A stretch of DNA of 64,000 nucleotides from Candidatus Bathyarchaeota archaeon. GTDB lineage: Archaea > Thermoproteota > Bathyarchaeia > Bathyarchaeales > Bathycorpusculaceae. Below the pieces are notes generated by a model. The model was not told where the DNA came from. It made no database searches and saw nothing but the letters and a program-made list of their open reading frames with translations. This document shows positions 20,706 to 30,637 of this stretch, piece after piece (position 1 is the stretch's first letter; each line of letters starts with the position of its first letter). The stretch covers positions 32,001 through 96,000 of the forward strand of contig CAVTBV010000012.1 of NCBI GenBank assembly GCA_963733095.1, given 5' to 3'. The position numbers and the translations under genes are program-made.

Positions 20706-22283
20706 CTAAACAGTCAGGTGTTCTAGAAACAATCGTTTTTCCAAATCCCCAACCATAACCACACCACACCCCTTTTCCCTCAGCCGCTCCAAAGACAACA
20801 ACAAAGCATCAGAATCATCACCCATCGAAGATACCACTGTAACCACAGCAGGGCCCTGCAAATTCTCAACCACTTTAGCCAACGCCAACGTAGATGGATG
20901 CATCTTTGCAGCTTCTTCGGTAGCATTAAGCTCAAACTTCAAAAGCTCTGAAAGCCTCAAAATAGACTCTTTATTCTTGTCTTCCAACTGCCCAATAGTT
21001 CTTTTAAGCCTTCGTATCTCAGTTGGCTGCAAAACCTTCTCCTTACTTTCAACAACTGTTATTTTCTCAGTCAACGCTAAAGTTTTCTTTAGAGTTTCTC
21101 GAGGGTTCATCGGCCGAGTAACAGAAAGCACTTCACTTCTATTATAAACCGCCAAGGCAGACGGCAAAGCCTCAGTCGCCAAAGTCAAAGCGGACATAAC
21201 AAAATTATACGCCAACTTGTCAGCATCTTCCGCATCCTTAGCCGTCAAATCCGCAACAATAATTCCCACTTGCCCCCGAGCATCAGCAAACTCGTTAACA
21301 ATCAACTCCCCAAGCATGTAAGAGTGCCTCCAATCGATATCCTTCAACCTATCACCAGACTGATAGGGGCGACTCTCAAAGAATTCAACGCCATGTTTAG
21401 CTGCCCTATAACTTGGCTGCGGACTGGAAATTGCTGCGCCTGCGCTGGATAAGGTTTGCTCGAGATATTTGGTGGCAAGCCAGTGAGCGTATTTAGCTCT
21501 TGGAATGATGTGTAAATCTACTGGTTCTAAAACTTGCCCAGTTTGAACTAACCCTCGAGAATCAACGTAGGATGCTTGGATGTGAATTTTTGTAGGTCCT
21601 GCTAAGGGCGGAGTAAACTGCACAGTGGCATGTGTTTCTTTTTTTGCAGAAAGCAAGAAGTGGGAAGGGTCAACATGAACCCATGAATCAGTGGATTGCA
21701 AGGAAACAAGAATAGGCATACCAGCTTTCCCTTTAATAGTGAACTCTACTGTTTCTGTGTTGCCAACGACTGTTCTTCGCAAGGTCTTCTCCTCAGCTAA
21801 AGACAGTTTTAGCATCCCATGGAAAATACCTGCCAATACAAGGGCAAGATAAGCAAAAATCACGGCAACCCCCAACATTAAAGTCACATTCCAAACAAGA
21901 ACTGAAACCCCAAAAACCAAAAACAAACCAGCTCCAAGAGTCTTCAAAACAAAACTAGCTCTTCTACCAACTTCGCTAAAAGAGAACTTTTGAGTTAGAG
22001 CAAAATCATTCAAGCTCCAATCCAACAAGAACAAGGCAGGAACAATAAGCAAAACAGAGTATAACCCTACCAAAGCTTCCAATGCCAAAGGCGCAAAAAC
22101 AAGTGAACTGATCACGAAAATAAGGTTTAAGCTTGCTTTCGGCTGCTTATAAGCCGAGTACAGCTGGACTGCCAACAAAGCCAGAACTAATCCCATCTGT
22201 AAAGGTGATGAAACCAACAGACAAAGCACAAGCACTGCTACTAAGTATGCTCTTGCAACCGTGCCAGCAGTCAACGATGTCAT
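20706..22283 (-). CDS. DUF58 family protein with N-terminal TM helices
   Basis: GVEFFESRPYQSGDRLKDIDWRHS motif; directly downstream of moxR. Confidence 0.88.
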   Translation of the reverse strand: MTSLTAGTVARAYLVAVLVLCLLVSSPLQMGLVLALLAVQLYSAYKQPKASLNLIFVISSLVFAPLALEALVGLYSVLLIVPALFLLDWSLNDFALTQKFSFSEVGRRASFVLKTLGAGLFLVFGVSVLVWNVTLMLGVAVIFAYLALVLAGIFHGMLKLSLAEEKTLRRTVVGNTETVEFTIKGKAGMPILVSLQSTDSWVHVDPSHFLLSAKKETHATVQFTPPLAGPTKIHIQASYVDSRGLVQTGQVLEPVDLHIIPRAKYAHWLATKYLEQTLSSAGAAISSPQPSYRAAKHGVEFFESRPYQSGDRLKDIDWRHSYMLGELIVNEFADARGQVGIIVADLTAKDAEDADKLAYNFVMSALTLATEALPSALAVYNRSEVLSVTRPMNPRETLKKTLALTEKITVVESKEKVLQPTEIRRLKRTIGQLEDKNKESILRLSELLKFELNATEEAAKMHPSTLALAKVVENLQGPAVVTVVSSMGDDSDALLLSLERLREKGCGVVMVGDLEKRLFLEHLTV

Positions 22284-22299
22284 GGTGACCTATAAACAG

Positions 22300-23244
22300 C
22301 TATATCTTTGGAACAGGAACCGCACTCAACACCCTGCCTACAACCGTCTTGGGAGTCACATCGTCCATCTCCGCTTCAGGCTTAACACGGATACGGTGAA
22401 CTATAACAGGCAAAGCAAGCCGCTTAACGTCGTCGGGCAAAACATAATCTCTTCCCTGCAAAAACGCCAAAGCCCTGGATCCCTTAAACAATGCAACACT
22501 GGCTCTTGTACTTGGACCCAAAAGCACATCAGGGTCCTCGCGGAAGCCGTTAACTAAAGTAACGATGTAAGCTCCGACTTTTTCTGAGACATGAACTCTC
22601 TTAACCAACTGTTGAAGCTCAACAATGTTTGCAAGTGAAGCTACAGGAGTTATTTTTGGGTTTTCGATTTGATCCACCCTAGAAACAACTTTTTGTTCAT
22701 CTTCCTTACTCAAGTAGCCGCTCCAAACCCTAAACATGAACCTATCTGATTGCACTTCAGTCAATGGGTAGGTACCTTCTGAACCATAGGGCAGTTGGCT
22801 GGCTATCACCATGAACGGTTCAGGCAGCGGATGCGTCACGCCTTCGATGGTAACTTGTTTTTCCTGCATGGCTTCAATCAAAGCTGCTTGGGTTCGAGGC
22901 GAAGTTCGGTTTAACTCATCAGCCAACACGATATTGCCAAATACTGGACCCGTGACAAAACGTGAGTTTCCATCGGGAGAATAGACATTAAACCCAGTCA
23001 CGTCCGCGGGCAACATGTCGGGAGTAAATTGGATTCTTTTAAATTCCCCCGCAATGACTTGGGCAAAAGTTTTAGCGAGCAGCGTCTTTGCGGTTCCGGG
23101 AAAGCCCTCGATCAGAAGGTGTCCCTCGCTTAGAAGCGCTACGAGTAGCATTTCTTTGATGTCTTGCTTTCCGACAACTATCTTTGAAACTTCTTCCAAA
23201 ATCTTGTTTGGTCTACTGTTTGGGTTTTCACTGTTTTTGGTCAT
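22300..23244 (-). CDS. moxR: MoxR family AAA+ ATPase
   Basis: HLLIEGFPGTAKT, RIQFTPDMLPADVTG, LADELNR, EGTYPL.E.Q.DRF. Confidence 0.95.
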   Translation of the reverse strand: MTKNSENPNSRPNKILEEVSKIVVGKQDIKEMLLVALLSEGHLLIEGFPGTAKTLLAKTFAQVIAGEFKRIQFTPDMLPADVTGFNVYSPDGNSRFVTGPVFGNIVLADELNRTSPRTQAALIEAMQEKQVTIEGVTHPLPEPFMVIASQLPYGSEGTYPLTEVQSDRFMFRVWSGYLSKEDEQKVVSRVDQIENPKITPVASLANIVELQQLVKRVHVSEKVGAYIVTLVNGFREDPDVLLGPSTRASVALFKGSRALAFLQGRDYVLPDDVKRLALPVIVHRIRVKPEAEMDDVTPKTVVGRVLSAVPVPKI

Positions 23245-24131
23245 GTTTTTTCATTCTTCCAAAGTGCTTTTAATGATATTGTCAAAAATAGGATTATTAG
23301 GATCATGGTGCCTATGGGAGAGGCAACGGCGCCATAGACAACTGTTAAATCAGCTTTAGCATCGTCCAAAGGTGTTTTGGGCAAATGAGATTGGGCAACA
23401 AAAACCTGTGGATTGCTTCCTTGAATTCTGACAACGTTATTAACGAACTGTAAATTATCGTCTAAGGTCAGCATCCCGTTGATGAGCAAACTCGGGTCTG
23501 ATATTGCAACCACGCAGCCGTGGTCCATTTTAATGAAAGCCGCTACCGCAAAGGGTCCATAGGGTTCACCGTCATCCCACACGCCATTGTCATTCTTATC
23601 CAGAAAGCTAAAACTAGACGAAAAACCCACTACTGAAGCATCAGATGTACCATTTAACGCCGTGGAATGGTTTAACACTATACTACTTACGTTAGCGCTT
23701 AGAGGCGTGGAGGCGAAAGCGGTTATTTTTGGCATCCACTTGTTTCGGTAATCAAACAACGGATCCAAAAGCGGTTGTCCAGCGAATCTCATGTTCAAGT
23801 CCAAACTGCTCAGTACCTGATTTCCAAACCCATAATCATCTAACAACACAAGTGTCCCACCCGAGGAAACATAACTTCTAACTTGCCCAAGTTCCCTTTC
23901 ACTAAATTGCTCGTAGGGCACTAAAAGCAAAGCGGTCCCTTTGCCCTCCGAAGGTAAATCGCCTAAAGAATTCAAAGCAACAACTCTTTCCTGCGCATTT
24001 AGCGATGAAAGCCCATTCCAATAGGGATTATTCACCCTAAAATCTTCCGACGGTGGATAGAACCAAACGATTGCAGACAGCAATAGGATAGTGAAGAGCA
24101 TTAGTGCTGGTAAAACCTTACACGATTCCAC
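23241..24131 (-). CDS. DUF4350 family membrane-anchored protein
   Basis: NPYWNGLS, GGTLVLLDDYG.GN, SDPSLLINGM; TM at both ends. Confidence 0.78.
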   Translation of the reverse strand: MESCKVLPALMLFTILLLSAIVWFYPPSEDFRVNNPYWNGLSSLNAQERVVALNSLGDLPSEGKGTALLLVPYEQFSERELGQVRSYVSSGGTLVLLDDYGFGNQVLSSLDLNMRFAGQPLLDPLFDYRNKWMPKITAFASTPLSANVSSIVLNHSTALNGTSDASVVGFSSSFSFLDKNDNGVWDDGEPYGPFAVAAFIKMDHGCVVAISDPSLLINGMLTLDDNLQFVNNVVRIQGSNPQVFVAQSHLPKTPLDDAKADLTVVYGAVASPIGTMILIILFLTISLKALWKNEKT

Positions 24132-26082
24132 CGTTTAGCCTCCTCCCAATTTCGATAGCTAAATTCTCTGCTTTTTCAGCGTCCTTTTCATTTGGAGCGT
24201 GAGGTGAATACAGGCTTCTCTCAGCTAAAGCCGTCAATTCAGAAAACGCTTCCAAAGCCTCCCCCATCTTTGAACCCGAAGCTTGCAAATATTCGCGCAG
24301 GGTCATGTCGGGTAACAAAGAGATTCGGGTTGCAGTTTGAACAGCCTGTAAGGTTTCAATGTAAGCTTTGAGAACGTTTCCTTTAAGCCCTTTAAACTTC
24401 ATTTCAGAAATAGCTGGAGCAACAGTAACTGACACTCCACTCGCGGGTAAAGAGAAAACCGTCGAGGTTATAGTGGATTTCTCAGATCTCCTACCTTTGG
24501 TTTTTGCAAACTTGAAATACATTACAAAAACCACCGCCAAAGAAGAGGCCAAAGCAAGCGATACACTAACTGAATTTAAAACAAAAACGCTAACGGTTTT
24601 TTGTGTGGCAAATTGCCAAGGTTGAGACGGCTGGGCTGATACCGTCAAGTCTTGGTAGCCAACAAAAACAGTGTTAAAAGGGGCATCTATTGTAAAATTG
24701 AAGCTTCCATCGCCCACCGTCTCAGTGATAGATGATACATTTGCAAACTCTACCTGTACGCTTGCGCCATTTAAGGGACCTGAAGCTGACTTGACAGTTC
24801 CATTAATGTGGATTTGTGAAGGAGGCATAATGGAAGAGGGCATGGTAACTTGTATTGTGGATGCCATTTTTTGAATGGTTAAGGTTCTCTGTGCGGCGGC
24901 TCCATTGTACAAGCCAACTGGATCAGCTGTAACGGCTAAAGTGTGAACTCCTAATTTGGCCTGAGCGGCGATGATGGGTTTAGCCATGAAACCTCCAGTT
25001 AGGTCAGTTTCCGTCTGAGCAATAATGCTACCATCCAAAAGCACCTTGACTTGTCTTTCACTAATCTGGGCCCCATCTTGTGAGGTGACATTGCCATTAA
25101 CGGTCAATGATAACCCGGGATATGCTACATTTGTAACGGAAATGTCAAGTATTGTTCTGTAAAATAAAACCTGAACATTAATCGTGGGACTCACCGATGC
25201 TAAGTAAACCCCTTTGTCGTTACCTTGTGGTGTGTAGAGAGCACTTACTGAAACGTTATCAGCATACTTGAAAGGAACCCGAATTACGACAAAATACAAT
25301 CCCTTGGCATCCGTACTTGCTGATGCAACTTGGTTTCCATCCAAGAAAAGCTCCACCACTCGATTCTGCAAAGCCGAACCGTTGGAAGTAAGAATGCCTG
25401 AAGCGCTTATGTATCGGCCGACAAAACACTTTGTCGCATTCAAACCTAGGCTCAAAGAGGTTGAATCGAGCTTTTTAGATTGGATTTCTTCAATCCCTTG
25501 GTTAGCTCTCGTTAATAGTGTGTGGAAGAAGTCAATTGGGTCCTTTAGCCGCTGTACCATACTCTGCAATTGGCTGTAAGCTTGTGGAATTTTGCTCTCA
25601 ACTGGAGTTGAAAACACACCCAAACGCTGGCTTAGAGTTACCGTTTCGTCTTGAAGGTCAGAAAATAAAATTTGTGCTTTAGCAACCAAAACCCCCGCAT
25701 TATTCAACTCTTGACCTGCCTCGCCAAGTCTGAATTGATCCAGGAAACTGAAAGCCCTATCCAGCGTGCTGTTCAGGTCATTTAATACATTGATTAATTG
25801 TTTCGTTAGGTCGTTGTACCCTTTAATGACATCACTTAAGCCCTGAGGCACCGTTATTTGACTTAACTGCTCACTCAATTGACTAGCATTATCATATTGT
25901 CTTGAAGACATGAATGCAAAAATGTCGGTGTATTGCACCAAAAAAGAATAAGAATCCAAGACGCTTTGCGCATCCGAAGGGTCCTCATGGACAATTAGAG
26001 ACGGATCAGCCCGAACTGACAAGCAGGGAACAAAAACCGATGCAAACATCAGAAACAACACAAATAGTGCGGTCCATTTCAT
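24118..26082 (-). CDS. Secreted Ig-repeat membrane protein with C-terminal DUF4129-like domain
   Basis: Signal peptide, helical region, TD..G.F beta repeats, TM, MTLREYL...LTALAERSLYS. Confidence 0.75.
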   Translation of the reverse strand: MKWTALFVLFLMFASVFVPCLSVRADPSLIVHEDPSDAQSVLDSYSFLVQYTDIFAFMSSRQYDNASQLSEQLSQITVPQGLSDVIKGYNDLTKQLINVLNDLNSTLDRAFSFLDQFRLGEAGQELNNAGVLVAKAQILFSDLQDETVTLSQRLGVFSTPVESKIPQAYSQLQSMVQRLKDPIDFFHTLLTRANQGIEEIQSKKLDSTSLSLGLNATKCFVGRYISASGILTSNGSALQNRVVELFLDGNQVASASTDAKGLYFVVIRVPFKYADNVSVSALYTPQGNDKGVYLASVSPTINVQVLFYRTILDISVTNVAYPGLSLTVNGNVTSQDGAQISERQVKVLLDGSIIAQTETDLTGGFMAKPIIAAQAKLGVHTLAVTADPVGLYNGAAAQRTLTIQKMASTIQVTMPSSIMPPSQIHINGTVKSASGPLNGASVQVEFANVSSITETVGDGSFNFTIDAPFNTVFVGYQDLTVSAQPSQPWQFATQKTVSVFVLNSVSVSLALASSLAVVFVMYFKFAKTKGRRSEKSTITSTVFSLPASGVSVTVAPAISEMKFKGLKGNVLKAYIETLQAVQTATRISLLPDMTLREYLQASGSKMGEALEAFSELTALAERSLYSPHAPNEKDAEKAENLAIEIGRRLNGGIV

Positions 26083-26342
26083 AGGAAGCTTGCACCTAAA
26101 ATCTGTAGAACTTTCAAGGCCCCAATGAATATGAACACTGCAAAGAGGACATAGCCAATCAGATTCGTAATTTTTTGTGCATTTTGGTTAAGGGGCGAAT
26201 GTAGCAGAGTAAGTATAAAATATTCAACGATGTAGACAGAAATATACATGTCCAGTGTGCCGGCGCTATAAAACGAGAGTGAAAACGAGGTAAGCGCATA
26301 GGTGATGGTTAGTGAAAGAAGATATCTTTCGGGAACTCTCAG
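26079..26342 (-). CDS. Unannotated 87-aa 3-TM membrane protein (CTG start)
   Basis: Stop-free frame LRVPERYLLSLTITY...LDMYISVYIVEYF...KVLQILGASFL* fills the gap exactly, with CTGA and ATGA overlaps to its neighbours. Confidence 0.72.
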   Translation of the reverse strand: MRVPERYLLSLTITYALTSFSLSFYSAGTLDMYISVYIVEYFILTLLHSPLNQNAQKITNLIGYVLFAVFIFIGALKVLQILGASFL

Positions 26343-27090
26343 AGACTTCGCCCCACCACTTTCAAATCGACAAAACTTTTTCCCCTCCTTGAAAGCTCGC
26401 TATTAATGGAAACAGGCTTGTCTAAAACTTCAGCGACGACAGATGCTACAATGGATGCTATTGGACTTCCTAAACTCTCGCAAACCCACATTTTGCTGCT
26501 TTCAAGCCGAGGATTAACGACTTCAACCAAAACCTTCTCCCCATCGACTCTAACTCGCGCTCCATCAGCCAAATTAACAGCCCCTGAAAGAACCAGTGAG
26601 ATGGCAGACTCCAAATCTCCTGCAGAGCAATCCAACTTTGCCTCAACCGTACCGCCAATTGCTGAACCTGGAGTAATAACAAGCAAACCCACAGCCTTGG
26701 GTGTCGAACCATACCTAACGATAAGTCGGTTAGGCAGAATCTTTGTGCCCAATTCCAAGTTTGACTCTATTGGAATAAGCGCTTTGGGCTTGTCTCCGCT
26801 GATGGAAGAGGGTAAATAAACGGCTTTAGTCTTGAGCCCCAGCTCCTCAACAATTGCCGAAACATTTTCAACACCTGATTGCAGCAAAATAGCGCTTGCT
26901 TCAGGGGGAATTTTGGGTTGCCCTCTAGCTATGGCGAAGGCGACTGCCCCAATTATTATGGTTGATATCCCGAGGGAAGTTAACTGCGTTGACCTTAAGA
27001 TAAAGTAGGCAAGAACAGTAAGTAATATGCCAGTTAATGTTAAGCTTGTTGCGAGCGTTGAGCAATTATGTTTTAGTGAAACCTTTACTC
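26339..27090 (-). CDS. Hypothetical membrane protein of the MoxR module
   Basis: ORF 26339-26887 continues upstream in frame without a stop through two TM helices (LTLTGILLTVLAYFIL, SLGISTIIIGAVAFAI); start codon uncertain. Confidence 0.65.
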
Positions 27091-27279
27091 TCTCCTTTCT
27101 GGCGGCTTTTTGGAAGATATGTGACGTGCATCTTTAGAGTGAATTTGTTGTATGTATTCGATAAGTTTTAACCGAATTATGGCTAAAACTAATCTAATAT
27201 AAACAAGTCTACGCTAAATCGTTTGCTATCATTTCAGCCAATCCGTCGGAATTCCAGAATGGAAATTAGGAAAAAAATC

Positions 27280-27876
27280 TTAAACATTAATTGTAAGTAT
27301 GTGGTATTTGAATCGGCGAAAAACACAAACAGCAGCCAAGGCTTCCGCCAACATTGCCAACGCGATCATAATTGGCTCCAACCTGATGCCCCAAGGCGTG
27401 TAATTAAGCATAAGTCCAACTATCGGCACAATAGCTAAGCTAAGACCAATCGACAAAGCCGATCTTTCGAGTCCATTTAACTCCCCACTTCGGGGATACA
27501 ATGCCGAAATAAGGATAAACCCGGGCAAGAACAAAACAAAAATGCCTCCCAAAACATACCGGACATAGACCAACACGGAAGCATTCACGGTGAAAACAAC
27601 GAGCAACGTGACGGCAACTAAGCTTGTGACTTCCCAGAACCAGATGCTTTCTAAATTAAAAAAGCAACTCTGCAGACTTGACGGTGGATTATTGTCCATT
27701 AGGTCTAATGTGCCTTTCTTCCATTCGACATAAACCGCTTTAGTCGCGTCCTTAAACTTGAGCCCTTTCTGCTTGACCAAACAATCTACAAGTTCTCCAA
27801 TAGTGGGCTCGTCTATCGATTTGGCTGTCTCCAAGACAACTTTACTTTGATCAGCGATCAAGCGCTTGGTCTCCAT
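27280..27876 (-). CDS. DUF1616 family membrane protein
   Basis: FVLFLPGF.LI.ALYP, LERSALSIGLSLAIVPIVGLMLNYTPWGIRL. Confidence 0.85.
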   Translation of the reverse strand: METKRLIADQSKVVLETAKSIDEPTIGELVDCLVKQKGLKFKDATKAVYVEWKKGTLDLMDNNPPSSLQSCFFNLESIWFWEVTSLVAVTLLVVFTVNASVLVYVRYVLGGIFVLFLPGFILISALYPRSGELNGLERSALSIGLSLAIVPIVGLMLNYTPWGIRLEPIMIALAMLAEALAAVCVFRRFKYHILTINV

Positions 27877-27950
27877 TTCTATTGTTGGAATTCTGTATAA
27901 TTTTTATATATGTCTTATGCTAGAAATCGTGCTGTACGGACCGCAGACTA

Positions 27951-28910
27951 ATGTCCACTAAAATCACACTATTTGCCCTATTTCTAATTCTTTTGGCGCC
28001 AGTTCCCGCCGTTGCCCAAGCCCAGCAACCCAGCGCCAATGATACCCAGAACTCATTGTATGATGCCTATAACGCTGTGCTCGACGCTTCCAAAGCAGGT
28101 GCAAACACAAACCAACTCGTAGACGAACTAAACCAAGCCATAAACCTAACCGCACAAGCTAAACAACTAATAAGCACAAACCCCCAACAAGCCGAAACAT
28201 TAGCCAACCAAGTCCAAACAATAACTCAAAACGTAACTCAGCAAGCAACAACCGCGAAACAAACATCAAACACACTATTAATAATCGCAATACCAACAGC
28301 CGCGGCTCTAATTGCAGCTGGCGTAATAACATACTCGTTTGGGCCAAAAGTTCTTTGGAAAATATGGTTCAAACTCAGAAAAAACTACCGCGTAAAAAGT
28401 AAAAATGTCCCAGCCAAGAACGCTTTGGTCATTACAGCAGAACAAGTATGCGCCATAATTTTAGGAATAACCGTCATTGTAGCATTTTTCTCATTTTCAG
28501 GTTTCTTACTTCCCAAAAATCAAGGTGAACAGTTCTCGAAGCTAGGTATCTTGGGACCGAAGATGACTTCAGAAGATTATCCATCTCAAATAGTTGCCAG
28601 TGAAACAATTCACCTATTTGGCTATTTAGGCAACCAGATGGGTGAACCAATGTATTATACCGTTATGATAAAACTTGGCAACAAAGATACAGCAGTAAAC
28701 CCTGCACCAACAACTCCAATCCAACAATTTAGTCGAGTAATACCCAACAACCAAACCTGGACCTTCCCAGTGGACATTACTCTGACAAAATCAGGTGTTA
28801 ATCAAAGAATAATATTTGAACTCTGGACATACAACCAGACCACAAACCAAAACCAATACCAATGCAAATGGGGACAAATCTGGCTTAACGTAACTGCTCC
28901 AGCAACTTAA
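27951..28910 (+). CDS. DUF1616 C-terminal-domain membrane protein
   Basis: EQFSKLGILGP...DYP, RIIFELW, QIWLNVT; signal peptide plus TMs. Confidence 0.75.
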   Translation: MSTKITLFALFLILLAPVPAVAQAQQPSANDTQNSLYDAYNAVLDASKAGANTNQLVDELNQAINLTAQAKQLISTNPQQAETLANQVQTITQNVTQQATTAKQTSNTLLIIAIPTAAALIAAGVITYSFGPKVLWKIWFKLRKNYRVKSKNVPAKNALVITAEQVCAIILGITVIVAFFSFSGFLLPKNQGEQFSKLGILGPKMTSEDYPSQIVASETIHLFGYLGNQMGEPMYYTVMIKLGNKDTAVNPAPTTPIQQFSRVIPNNQTWTFPVDITLTKSGVNQRIIFELWTYNQTTNQNQYQCKWGQIWLNVTAPAT

Positions 28911-29253
28911 AAAGTAGCAATAATCTAAGGCGCAAGAATGTAATCGCTCACATTCAAGACGTTATTTTGAAAAAGGATTACAGCAACATTAGCTAACTTA
29001 TACGTGGAAGGGATGACCATTAATCAAAAACAGCCTTTTAGTGTCTCAAGCAGAAATCGTGAAAGACGCCTCTTAACGCACTACGAAATCCAAGCGATAA
29101 GCGATACCTGCACAGAGGCTCATAAAACCGGCAGTTTTATTATTTCAACACCCTTTTTGAAGTTTGCACAAATTCTAACAGGTTTTGGTTAGACAAAGTT
29201 TTTATGCGCGATTGAAACTTAAAGTTCCCCGTCAAGACAAAGGATGATTCAGG

Positions 29254-30078
29254 ATGACCCTACAAAAAGGAGATTTCATACTAATCGATTATGTAGCTAA
29301 AGTTAAGGAAACAAACGAAGTTTTCGACACAACAAAAGAAGATGTCGCAAAAAAAGAGCACCTGCACAAAGAAGGACAAATACATGAGCCTGAACTCGTT
29401 GTTGTAGGCGAAGGCTGGGTCCTAAAAGCCCTAGACGATGCACTAGCAACCATGGACATAGACAAGCCTTCAACCGTGGAAATTTCACCTGAAAAAGGCT
29501 TCGGACAAAGAGACCCTGAAAAAATCAAACGGGTCCCAGTAAAGCAACTTTACGCAAAAGAAATTAACCCCATCGTCGGCGCTCGCATCGAATTCCAAGG
29601 AAAAAACGCCATTATCCGCTCAGTCGGTGCAGGAAGAGTCCTACTCGACTTCAACCCGCCCTTAGCAGGAAGAACCCTCATCTACGACGTTACAGTAACA
29701 AAGAAACTCGATACAGCAGAACAGAAAATCGGCGCCCTTATCCACCGCAGAGTGCCAGTTGTTGAAGAAAGCAAGTTCAATCTGTTCATAAAAGGCTGCG
29801 ATTTAACCATAAACATGCCTGAAGAAACATTCTACGTTGAAGGCATTCAAATCGCTAAACGCGGCATCGCAATGGACATCCAAAAGTTCCTTCCAGAGCT
29901 TATGGAGACAAGGTTTATTGAAACCTTCAAAGCTGAGCCTAAACCAGCCGCAGCGACACCAGCAACACCCGCAGCTCCTGCCACCGCACCCGAAGCAGAA
30001 AAGGAGCCTGAGGCAAAACCAGAAGCCGCGAAAAAACCTGCAAAAGCCCCAAAAACAGCCAAAGCTGCCAAGGCATAG
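29254..30078 (+). CDS. slyD: Long-type archaeal FKBP peptidyl-prolyl isomerase
   Basis: KGDFILIDY...EVFDTT, PEKGFGQRDP, LDFNPPLAGRTL; Ala/Pro/Lys-rich tail. Confidence 0.93.
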   Translation: MTLQKGDFILIDYVAKVKETNEVFDTTKEDVAKKEHLHKEGQIHEPELVVVGEGWVLKALDDALATMDIDKPSTVEISPEKGFGQRDPEKIKRVPVKQLYAKEINPIVGARIEFQGKNAIIRSVGAGRVLLDFNPPLAGRTLIYDVTVTKKLDTAEQKIGALIHRRVPVVEESKFNLFIKGCDLTINMPEETFYVEGIQIAKRGIAMDIQKFLPELMETRFIETFKAEPKPAAATPATPAAPATAPEAEKEPEAKPEAAKKPAKAPKTAKAAKA

Positions 30079-30253
30079 AGCTAAAACCAACATTTTCCTT
30101 TCCATAAAATTTTTTATTTTTAGACAACCCTAAGCTTACAGTTTGCTCGTTTTGAAGCTGAAAAATAAAAGATAAATTCCACAACTGAGCAATAGTATTA
30201 GAGACTTCTCAAATTCCTATCAACCAGCTTCCAGCGAGGAGGTGGAAAAACAT

Positions 30254-30637
30254 ATGGATCACACCCTACTGCATTTTGAAATTCCAGCAAACAATGTAGA
30301 AAAACTGAAGCGTTTTTACGAAGAGGTTTTCGGTTGGAAAATCACCCAAGCTTCGGGACCAATCGAGTACTGGGTCATACAAACCGTTCCCGTTGACCCA
30401 AACGGCAAGCTTTTGCGACCAGGCGTAAACGGCGGAATGTATAAAAAAGCAGTGCCTGAAAGCAAACCTGTAAACTACTTTGCTGTAGAATCCATAAGCG
30501 ACTTCTTGACAAAGATTGAAAAGTTAGGTGGAAAGGTAACACAGCCCAAACAGGAAGTTCCCGAAGTCGGTTGGATAGCTGCCGCCGAAGACCCAGAAGG
30601 CAACTTGTTTGCGCTTTTTCAGCCGATACGTGTTTAG
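30254..30637 (+). CDS. VOC/glyoxalase family protein
   Basis: HFEIPA, FYEEVFGW, GVNGG, DPEGN; SD GGAGGTG before ATG 30254. Confidence 0.9.
   Translation: MDHTLLHFEIPANNVEKLKRFYEEVFGWKITQASGPIEYWVIQTVPVDPNGKLLRPGVNGGMYKKAVPESKPVNYFAVESISDFLTKIEKLGGKVTQPKQEVPEVGWIAAAEDPEGNLFALFQPIRV

Noticed and set aside
29803-30184. Several overlapping Cys/Arg-rich or Ala/Gly-rich ORFs
   Set aside because: Alternative-frame products of the low-complexity FKBP tail
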